From contig CM102290.1 in assembly GCA_046563655.1 (NCBI GenBank), forward strand, positions 15,066,001 through 15,130,000: 64,000 nt of DNA, read 5' to 3'. The translations under genes and the position numbers were made by a program. The notes below the pieces were generated by a model that did no database searches, had not been told where the DNA came from, and was given only the letters and a program-made list of their open reading frames with translations. Below are positions 12,616-30,469 of this stretch, piece by piece (positions within the stretch are counted from its first letter, which is position 1; every line of letters begins with the position of its first letter). The stretch is from Yuukianura sp. NJ FZ-2021 (lineage: Eukaryota).

Positions 12616-15055
12616 ATGTCCATTGGAACTTTGGGATTTTATGACCTCATGAACATCGCGGAGCAAAATTCGGAGCAATCACAGAGAGAGGTAAGTTCAT
12701 GACGGAATTAGCTAATGCTTGTACTGAATGTGGATGTGTAAGTGTTAATTATATAAATGTTGATTGATTGCAGGCTCTGAAGTTAAAGCTGCCGTCGTAC
12801 AAGGGGTCGAAGAACAAAAAGGAGGATCCCAAGTCCAAGGAACTGTCCGAGAACATTCGGAAGTTCCTGGCCAAACAGGCAGAGGAGAAGAGGCAGCAGG
12901 AGAAGGAAGCAAGACTTAGGAAGGAGCATCTCAATGAACTCAGGAATCAGGACAGGAAGGCCAAGGGCAGAGTGAGTCGCATGCTCAAGTTGACCAAATC
13001 AGCAAACAAATCCGCAGTGGGGGATGCCGACAATGCACTCAACGATTCAATTGTTGACCAGCACAGTGAGCATCTTTCAAAAGCAGTTTCATTACAATTT
13101 ATGGTGAGTAATTGGAATGTTGTTTGTAATAGACGAGCTGCAACCGGATGATGATGATTATGGCTACGTATCTCAAGCATCGATTGACATGCACAAGAAG
13201 CTCTTAGCTCAGTACAAGACCATCAAGAAAAGTGCTCCAACAGCTCCACAGCGACTACACAATGTACCAGTTCCTGAAGTCAAGGCGTTATCCAAACCTA
13301 TCACTCGAGATCCTTCACCGCCACCAGAAGTTGAAAAGAAGAAGCAAAAGAAAGCACCTCCTTCAGCCATGCTAAGTTACGAGGATCTTCTCTCACTCGC
13401 TCATGAGAAGAAGGACATTCCGCCTCAAATCAAGATCAAAAAAGTTTGTGACCGGAAGGAGGAAGATCGGTATGAATTTGGACGTCCGATGACTGCTAAA
13501 GAGAAGAAAGAGTACATGGCTGAGAAGGCTCTCAGAGATCGTGTTGCAAAGCAAGTTGAAAATGGAACCTTTCGTCACCGAGCTGCTCCGGAACCTTCAA
13601 AAACCAAAGATCCAACTCCGAAAAAGGCAGTTTCATTCAAGATTCCTAAAGGCGATTCGGTTAGTAGTTCTACAAAGTCACCCAGCAGTGCCGCGGTTTC
13701 TTCTGCTCCGAAACTTGCCGAAGCTCTTACTCGGAACAAACCGGTATCGGAACCAGTACCGAGTTGTTCCGGATCGCAAAAGGAGAGAATTAAGTCAGAA
13801 CCGGAACCTTCTCGTCCACCTCCACCGCGTCCAACTCCTAAAGTAAAAGAGGAACCAATAGAACGAGAGAGAGACCGTGATCGTGATAGAGACCGCGACC
13901 GTGATCGCGACGTGGATCCTCCGCCAATGAAATCTCGCCCTCTGCCTCTGAATCCTTACATGGACTTTGTTCCTACGATTTCTCGTCGCAAGTCTTCCGA
14001 CGCCGAGTCTTCCTCTAAATCTAAAAATTCATCTCGAAACTCTGGTGCTACTAAACACCATCAAAATTCTGAAGGATCTTACAAGGAACGGGAAAGAAAT
14101 GGTGCTCAGAAGCAGAATTCCAGCAATGGACACTTTGATTCTCAACGTTCAAAGTTGCCACCACGGAGAGAAGTTAGTCCCGTCCCAGCAAAAAAAGCAA
14201 AAGTAGAAGTCATGCATGAGGGACAGTCTAAGAAAGTCAAAGAAGAAAGAGACAGGCCAAGTGAAAATCATGAGCGAAGAAGAATGGACGACCAAAGACG
14301 GATGGACGAGCGAAAGAGAATGGACGATCGTCGAAGAGTTGAAGACAGCAGAAGAGCGGAAGATCGCAAGCGATTGGAGGAGAGAGATGAGCGGTTGAAG
14401 GTTCGGAAGAATTCGGACGACGGTCGACTTCCGAACCAAAACTACCGAGTAACCAATAGCAACGCCCGAATGGATCCACCAATCAAATCACGCCAAACCA
14501 ATTTCGATGATAGGCGAAAACCTGTCCAGTCTGAAGCTCCTAGAAGAGGTAAATTTTAGGTTAGGTCTAAAAAACGTTAGGTAAATTCAAAGAACGTTTT
14601 GATATGAATGATAAACGTTGTTGTTTAGGACGTCAAGTGATCGACAGTGAGGAAGAGGAAGAGGAGTATGACTCTGACATGGATGGTTTCATCGACGACT
14701 CGGAAGTGGACCAAGGGTCGATTTCAGCCATGATTCGTCGAATCACTGGCTACGACAAGCGGAAGTATCGACCAGAGGACGACGACGATGACGAGTGCAT
14801 GGAGACAAGTGCCTACGACCAAATGCGGGAGGAGTCCAGGAGTCTCCGGATAGGTTTGTTGTTCCGCCAACTAATCACAACTAACTATAAATTTAATATA
14901 ATATAATATATTTTATAATTTAATTGATAGGAATCAAGGAGGACTTGGAGGATATCCGAATGGAGGAGGAAGAAAAGAAGCGGAAGCTCATGAGACAGAA
15001 GCAACTGTCACGATCACCTCAGAAGAAGAAACCGAAGGGAAAGCCCCTTTTTTAG
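12616..15055 (+). CDS. SPT2: SPT2 homolog (chromatin protein / histone chaperone)
   Basis: N-terminal LSENIRKFLAK...LNELR, QPDDDDYGYVSQ, a long K/P/S/RD low-complexity middle, and the C-terminal SPT2 domain YDSDMDGFIDD...ITGYDKRKY...MET...QMREESRSLRIGIKEDLED. Spliced, AATAAA near 15133. Confidence 0.9.
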
Positions 15056-15680
15056 CCATCGCACACTACTCTTTATTTTATTTGTTTAGTTATAATTTAA
15101 TTATTGTCAATTTATTTAGTACATTTATTTCAAATAAAGCGCTTTACGAAATGCAGAGTGCGGACCTAAGAGCGGACCTTTCCAACATTAATTTTTACTC
15201 AGGTTGTGTCAAGTTGTGGTGGAGGCTAATTCTCGGAAAAGAGCGGAAACTGCTGACAGGGTTGTCTGACGCTTGCTAGACGCCCATCCTGCTTTCACTT
15301 GGGAGAAAAGTACGCCAACTCTTTTCAAAAACAAAAGTTCACAATGAACAGGATTTGGGTTTCAATTTACGAAAATGTTTCCATTTTATTAAAATAATGA
15401 GTAGTTAAAAAATTAAGTAACATACAAAGTTAACTTTTACAACTGAGGGAAGTAATGGAGGGAATGGCAGAAGCAGAGGTCAACCCAGCGTCACAAAGTA
15501 AGTTGACTTGCATGTATTCAATGGTTAATCCGACATTAAGGAACCATCAATTGATTTCCTTCGTTGGATTCGGGCAGAATTAGGAGTGAGTTTGAACAAG
15601 ACGTTAACTGGTATGTTTATGGCCACCTTGAAGAGACAGGACACGAAGAGAGAGAGTGTTTTGAGTTGTAGAGTGCCAGT

Positions 15681-16563
15681 TCAGTAGAGCATGATGGCTC
15701 CGTTGCCCTTGTCCTGGACAATGGGTCTCAGTGACCCCGTTCTGTGTCCACTCTTGTGACTTCCCAGAGCAAGTAGAGCAATGTTGAGGAGATGGATGAA
15801 GGCTGCAGCCAGGACGAACCAGAACGAGTGACCCAGCACTGCCAGTCCCTCTGAACTCCACAAGTTCTCTCGGTCTTCTACTGACAAAATGTTGGCACGG
15901 AACTTCACATGGTACTGCACACCCCAACTCACCACTCCCACCAGATTCGTCAACACTGGAATCATAATCAACCAATTAGGACTTCAATCGTTGTTCCAAC
16001 GATTTAATCGTGAGACGACTATAAAAACAAGAGACTCACATGCGAGGCTGTTCCACAAGTACAATCCTGGAATGCCGGTGAGAGTGTCCAGCGGTCTGGT
16101 GACGGTGTTGACAAGGGCAAAGACTGCTGCGACAATTGCCAGTAGAATGGACGTACATGTTGCCACGACAGTTGTGAGCCAGAGACCGAAGATGAGGAAA
16201 CTCTTGTCTTCCGTCAACAGCTGGACCACTGCAATGTAAATGTAAGTGGATCAGAGTTATTTGTCACTTTGTGAATTAAGATGAGAAAGTGGTTGACCTC
16301 CTTTCTTTCCCCTTGTCTTTTCATGTCAACTTACCGTTCATGTCGTATGTTCTCCTTCCGTAACCTACGTTGAGACTTTTGGATCCATGGAACAGGCCGA
16401 AATGGATCCTGCCGTCGGATAGATTTGTGGTGTTCATCTTGCGATGAGCTCTGCCTACCACCCAGTGTTGCGTCGTCATGGCAGCCAATAGGAGGGCGAG
16501 TGCTGCACAGGAAGTCAAGAAAGTGACGAGAGTCATCCCCCGTTCCAACACAACCTTGGCCAT
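15681..16563 (-). CDS. Clarin-like four-TM protein (paralog 1)
   Basis: Three exons (16563-16335, ~16230-16040, 15956-15681). TM1 followed by W and the loop GRIHFGLFHGSK, then GLYLWN and LGHSFW, ending in hydrophobic GAIMLY. These features are typical of the clarin family. Confidence 0.8.
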
Positions 16564-16990
16564 GGTCACTTCTGTCACATATTAGTCCGAAAGCGACAGG
16601 GGTCAAGGGCTAGTTGAAGGAATCGCGTGATGTTGGTACAAGTGATACTTGGTTTCGCTGTGTGATGCTGAGACTAAAAGTGGAATGAGGATTTGTGTGA
16701 AATTGAGTGCCTGAGGGGGATGAAGACAAGGGGATGAAGACCCACATCCGACTTCAAGGGGACCCTCAAACACTTAACACTTCAATCCACCCCATGGCCA
16801 CTCTCAACTGTCGTCATAACCAACTACTGTCCAGACTACAATAAACTAAACGCAATCGGACACACTAGGCGAAACAATAGAATTGAAAACAATAAGTGCG
16901 AATTCAGCAAGCTGGCAACAGTGGAACTCTAAAGTATATTTAGTTTAGAAATGTAGTTAATTGACTAATTAAATGTTGAAGATGCTTAGC

Positions 16991-18380
16991 CTAGAAGAGG
17001 AGATTGTCTCCACTCGTAAGTTTGTCGTCAATGACTTGTGTGATTTGTCTGTCCGTCTGTTTCAGTTTCCAGGAGTGAAAGTAGAGAATGCCAACGTTGC
17101 TCAAGTTCAACAGCACCGGCAGAATCATGATCCTGGAACACAAGATTATAAAGTATGCAGGATTTATAATTTTATAATTTATAATTTGAGATTGAGTTGT
17201 TTACCAGTAGGAGTAGCCGAGATTGCCGTTTCCAGTGAAGTCATGGTCCACAATCGTCTCACTCACTGCTCCATTCGTCTTTAGAGAGTCTTCGTAGCAA
17301 GCTGCCCACACGACCATCGCCAGGAGAGAGGAAGCGGCTAAGAAACAGACACTGTTGACCTTTGACCCTAGTTGGTGACCTTGTGACCTTACCTGCACAT
17401 CCATTCCAGATGAAGAGTCCGAATACTCCGAAGATGGGTTGTGTGGGTGACTCCAGAGTGTTGTAGAGGGCTAGAGCTCCTCCGAGCACAGAGAAAATGA
17501 TCCCCATGCCCACCAGAATGATGGTCGCCAGCCAGTAGCCGATGTGGAAAAACCCACTTTCAAATTCATCCACTGGTACAGCTCGACCTACCACAAAAAC
17601 AATCAACTTTAGAAGTTTAGTCACTTTAACAAAAACGTTTTAAAACGTTTTAGTAAAGTTGAGCAGGAACGTAAATTATTAGTAAAAAGTTGTTTACCGG
17701 TAGCTGGAGGTGCTCGTGCAGACTGTACGCAGTAGACATTGTCGGCGGGTTGCTGTGTCCTTATGAGGTTCTCAATGTCTGCCTGCCTCTTGTCAGCATC
17801 CAGTCCACAGCTGAACATACACAAGTACCCATGACAAACAACTGCAAAGAGAACAATCGCTTTTTTTGCTTTAAAAGCAAAAAGGATCGGTTTTTGACGG
17901 TTTGCTGTTTTAAAAGTTAGAAATTAACTAACGTTTCAGAATAAACCTGCCCTTTTAGAGCGTAAAACTACATTATGCAACTATATATCAGATACATCGT
18001 TTGCATGTATAATTTGTTAAATTTACATGGATTCAGTAAACTACGGAAGGATCGGTGACCAGCAGCGCTTTTACAGTTTCTGATTTAAATCAGAAACACT
18101 ATTTACAGCAAAAAGCAAAGCATGAGGTTAAAAAAGCGGTTTTTACGGAACACTTACCTGCCAGTTCGCTGGGCGTGTCCGGAGTGTTGGCCAAAGTCTC
18201 GTACTTGGATCCACTGAACAATCCATATTCCATGTGGATCGTGAGTGTAGTGGATGGACTTTGGGCTGCCCGGAGATACCAACTCTTGGCAGAGAGAGCA
18301 ATGGAGGAGACGATGATTGCGAGTGCGCAGAGGAGGATGGTTGCGTAGAGCAGAGGGCGCAGTTTCCTGGCCAACACCAT
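16991..18380 (-). CDS. Clarin-like four-TM protein (paralog 2, with a Cys-containing extracellular insert)
   Basis: Five phase-compatible exons (18380-18158, 17841-17698, ~17588-17393, ~17337-17205, ~17132-16991). Motifs EYGLFSG, GLFIWN, LGYSYW and C-terminal DNLLF. Confidence 0.78.
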
Positions 18381-18571
18381 GACTTATGACCTGGAATGAC
18401 CGGATGCTCAATGTGCTAGGATGGAAGTGGAAGTGAGTGGAAATGGACGTTGCTACAAAAGTTTAATCTTATCTTGGTCTAAACAAAGAGATTACAACGA
18501 GTATTACAATTAGGATTACAACTAATATTAGTATTACAATCACTCATGACTAAAGTAGAGTGTGGAGGTGA

Positions 18572-25770
<7,199 letters not shown>

Positions 25771-26737
25771 TGTTGGATGGTGGTCACTTGTGGTGGGGCG
25801 TGAGTGAGAGGGTGGCGTCCATCGGTGGGGCTCAGATTTGGAATCCACAGGTAGAGTAGAGAGGAGAAAGTTCCACTGCGACCACTTGACATGACATGCA
25901 ATTCACAACTGAGAGAAAGAAGGAACGTCGGCCAGAGAAAAGCGGGAGTAACTAAAGTGGGCGGATGAGCCGCAGACTCCCCAGCAACGAGCCACACGCT
26001 TTTCATTTATTTATAAACACACTCTTATGTCATTTAAATTACAAACTATTGCACAAACTGCCTTCCACTAGTCGTTCCCTTAACTCCTATTTGAACCTTG
26101 ACGCAACTCAAACCACGACCTTTGTAATTTTTAACAAAATCAGAACACAAAACTTTGAAAACCTTCTTCATTTAAACAAGCATTGCTCCACAAAGCTCCG
26201 CCCCAGACCCGGTGAATCGTCATAATCACTATGTATGTACGATGTCTGCTAATGATAACTAAATTATTAAAAGACATTTTAACTCTATTTTTTCAAATAC
26301 GAACACCTCTCAAAGTTCCAATTCAACTCAACTAATAAGAATTCAATGGCCGACATTCAAAAGCCACAAATCATGTTTTCATACATGAGCGTCAAAATGT
26401 AACTCTGGCTATCTTAGAACATATTGGCATAGAACCATTGCAAAATCAATACGGAGATTCCTCAAGTCAAAATTTTAGAGATTCGTGAGAATTAGAAGTT
26501 TTTCCCCAAGTCAAAATTTTAGATATTCATGAAAATTACGACTGAAACTGACCTGACCCTGATTGATCATGACTGAAAATAAAAGAAAAGCTTGCGAATA
26601 TCCCTCCATGTTTTGGTACTTTGGAAGTGGTTGTCAGGGAAATTATTTCAGGGTGTTCAGTTTTAAGTGTGACACGCTGTAGAAAAGTTTAATATGAAAA
26701 CAATAATGCTTCGCATTCTTGCTCGTTCAACCATCCT

Positions 26738-27603
26738 AATCACTCTTTTGAAATAACATAATTCCAAATTTCAAAACGTTAGAAATTTAGTAGGAAAATC
26801 ACTCTTTTTAAAGAGCATAATTCCAAATTTCAAAACGTTAGAAATTTAGTAGGAAAATCACTCTTTTGAAATAACATAATTCCAAATTTCAAAACGTTAG
26901 AAATTTAGTAGGAAAATCACTCTTTTTAAAGAGCATAATTCCAAATTTCAAAACGTTAGAAATTTAGTAGGAAAATCACTCTTTTGAAATAACATAATTC
27001 CAAATTTCAAAACGTTAGAAATTTAGTAGGAAAATCACTCTTTTTAAAGAGCATAATTCCAAATTTTAAAACGTTAGAAATTTAGTAGGAAAATCACTCT
27101 TTTTAAAGAGCATAATTCCAAATTTTAAAACGTTAGAAATTTAGTAGGAAAATCACTCTTTTTAAATAACATAATTCCAAATTTTAAAACGTTAGAAATT
27201 TAGTAGGAAAATCACTCTTTTTAAATAACATAATTCCAAATTTTAAAACGTTAGAAATTTAGTAGGAAAATCACTCTTTTTAAATAACATAATTCCAAAT
27301 TTTAAAACGTTAGAAATTTAGTAGGAAAATCACTCTTTTTAAATAACATAATTCCAAATTTCAAAACGTTAGAAATTTAGTAGGAAAATCACTCTTTTTA
27401 AAGAGCATAATTCCAAATTTTAAAACGTTAGAAATTTAGTAGGAAAATCACTCTTTTTAAAGAGCATAATTCCAAATTTTAAAACGTTAGAAATTTAGTA
27501 GGAAAATCACTCTTTTGAAATAACATAATTCCAAATTATAAAACGTTAGAAATTTAGTAGGAAAATCACTCTTTTTAAATAACAATTCCAAATTTTAAAA
27601 CGT
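26738..27603. repeat. 59-bp AT-rich satellite, ~14.7 copies
   Basis: Unit AATCACTCTTTT(G/T)AAA(T/G)A(A/G)CATAATTCCAAATTT(C/T)AAAACGTTAGAAATTTAGTAGGAA repeated head-to-tail with no spacers. Confidence 0.97.
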
Positions 27604-28298
27604 CAAAAATTTGGCATTATTATTTTTTTTATTTGTAAATTACTCTCCTTGGGCCCGAAGCCCATGGAGAGGGTATTTGGTAGGAAAATCACTTTTTCAC
27701 AATTCAAATTATAGGTATAAAAGTCGGATTTTAGTTGAATTTTTATCTAATCTAGTACATCAAAAAGTTAGATCTCAAATTAAAGAAGAAATTTTAGGAA
27801 TTCCTTAGACTTAGCTAGATTTCATCAAAAAGAAATTTTATGTATTCCTTCTTTCTTCTTGATGAAATGTAGCTAAAAGTGTCAGGAATACCTAAAATTT
27901 CTTGTTGATAGTAAAGCGGTTACATCTGATATCACTTATGCTGAATTCAACCCCATTCCAAACCATGTCAGCTTGTCCGAGTATCCGTGGAATAGGTGCC
28001 TCCCTCTCAAGCCGCGATGATTCACCAGTTGAGATTGAGAGGAAGTGGAGAATCGCAGGACGTCCAACGGGACATTGGGAGGAGAGACTCATCTCTCAAC
28101 GATACTGGATTAATTGATCGTTAATTAAATAATTAACCCAATTGAGAAGTAGCATTCCACACGAAGTAGATACGTGGATTGAGCAGGAGGACAGCCAGAC
28201 GTGTCAGCTGTTTTGGTCCAATTTCCTGTTGTTGCAGTCCAGGTCAGAGGTTAGTGTCCAAGAGGAGTCGTGAGTTGTGTGGGTAGGAAAGGCGGAGG

Positions 28299-29850
28299 AT
28301 GGGATACGCGGAGGATGTATTTCTCAAGAAGGCCCTTAAGGACTGCAAGGTAAAGTCCCCTCTTCAGTTTGCATTGAAGGGTACATGTTGATTCACTCAA
28401 TTGATATTTCCAGTACACCAATCCAGATGCGACGAGGAAAGAAGCACTCCAAGTACTCGACAGTCAAAAGGGACTAAGGCCCACTCTCTCCGACTTTGGT
28501 AAGTGTCAACTTCTGCTTCCAGTGATTGAATACCGTTAAACTCACATTATGTTTCTCTTTTCCTTGTAGTTTTTGGAAACGGACTGAGGAAGAAGTTGGT
28601 GGCTCTGCAGGGAACTGTTCCCATGCGATACCGAGGTAATCCACATTCGGTATTCATAAGTTGTAGGTATTCCACTGTAAGTGCTAACAAAGTTGTGTTT
28701 TAGGTGCGACGTACCACATTCCTATTGAGATCTACCTTCTGGACACACATCCGCAGAATGCCCCCCTCGTCTACGTCCGACCAACACCCAACATGAGAAT
28801 CAAAGCCTCCAGGAATGTGGACAACACTGGGAAAATATACTTGCCATTTCTGCACAGCTGGAAACCAGTCAGCTCAAAACCACATTTTGACGAACTGCTT
28901 TGAAAATAGAAACTAAGTTGTCGTTTATTTTTGAATTTGTTCTTTTTGTGCAGGATTCTGGTCTTATGGGGTTGGTTCAAGTGCTCATTTTGACGTTTGA
29001 GGAGCAGCCACCCGTGTACGCCGTTTCCACTCCCACTGCTCAACCCATGCAACCCCCACAGCCACTTCAGACAAGTACGCCTTACCCTCTCCAGCAAACG
29101 ACGTTTGCCACCCCTTACCCACCTTATCCGGGGGGCATGGGGGTGGGGATGCCGATGCCAGGCCAAGTGACCCCCAGCCTCCCTTTACAAAACTCTAACA
29201 CAGACACAATGACTGTCCACATCAGAGCGAGTCTCATCAGCGCAGTGAGTGAGAAACTGAGACGAAGACTCGAGGACATTTACCTCTCCACTCAAATCGA
29301 AACCAAGGTAGTTATTCATCTCAATTAACTTAATTGTTAGTTTAAATAAGTCAAAAGTAAGTATTTCAAAATTTCCAGACGGGGGATGACCTGAAGGAGG
29401 GAACAGTGAAGCTGGAGCGGTTGCTAAGGGAGTTGGACGTTGAGAAGTCGAATGTGCAGAGAGCCATTGCGCAGGGTCAGACGACGAATGAGGAACTGGA
29501 CGAGAAGATTGCAAAGGAGTCCAAGGACGATGGAGTGGCAGTGGTGGATGAGGCCGTTCAAGCCCCAGCCCCTCTCTACAAACAGTAACTCACCACTTTT
29601 TAGTATAATTCAATCATAATTTTATATTAATTTTAAAACTTAATTTAAGTATGTACTTGTTAGGATTGTGAATGGATTTGCTGAGGAGGCAGCCATTGAA
29701 GATGCAATCTACTACTTGAGTGAAAGATTCCGCAGTGGGAACTTGGACTTGGAGCAGTTTCAGAAGCATCTGAGAATACTGGCGAGGAAGCAGTTTATGC
29801 TGAGAGCAGTTCTGCGCAAGTGTCGAAGCAAGGCTGGACTCGCTGGCTAG
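28299..29850 (+). CDS. TSG101: Tumor susceptibility gene 101 (ESCRT-I)
   Basis: UEV domain (GTVPMRYRGATYHIPIEIYL, PLVYVRPTPNMRIK, GKIYLPFL), Pro-rich region, IRASLISAVSEKLR coiled coil and steadiness box (PLYKQ...EEAAIEDAIYYL...LARKQFMLRA). Confidence 0.95.
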
Positions 29851-30469
29851 AACAACATGGACAAACTGCTAGAGGAATCAAGGTGGGGAATGGCTGGGCG
29901 ACTTCTGTGGAATCGTCAATCCCCACTTAAATCAATTTCAGTCTGCGGCCACACCTAAATCATGTAAATCCTAAATTAAACTGTCAAACGCTGTTTGGAG
30001 TTTTTTTTTTATTCAAAGCACAACTACCGCCCTTGTCCAGGCAAATCCAAACTCAAATCCCAAAAAACAATGGAACATGAAATGTGAATTTTAGTTTGCT
30101 TTTGTTTTTGGAAATTGACGGGAGTTGACGTTTGAATTGTTGTGATTTCCTCACTCACTGCTTCTTTTACTCTGTTCCAATGTTGTGTTCCCTTAGATTT
30201 GACCTCATGACCTCTGTCCGTCTCCCTGTCTCCAAGGACTCAAAGTGTCCCTCCTTTGTCCAGAACAGACTCCTTCCACCTTCCACAAGTGTTGAGAATT
30301 GAGAAGTATTGAGAAGTTGAGAGGAGAGAGATTGCGTACCTGTTGCTTTCTCTCTGCATTCGGCACTTCCAGTCGCTTTCTCTCGACTGTTCCAGGCAGT
30401 AGAGTGTCGTCTTCTCCTCAAAGCAGCTGGAGTGACCAAGTGACTGTCGCCATCAGTTTGTGACCAGCC

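Noticed and set aside
13860..14400. RD/RE dipeptide and MDD/ERR repeats in SPT2
   Set aside because: Ordinary low-complexity linker expected for this family.
26738..27603. CRISPR-like appearance of the regular 59-bp array
   Set aside because: Units are contiguous with no unique spacers, there are no cas genes, and the context is eukaryotic.
29308..29378. Micro-exon in TSG101 (internal AG...GTAAGT) that might supply ~4 residues missing versus human
   Set aside because: It would leave a 22-nt downstream intron, far below the local minimum of about 55 nt.
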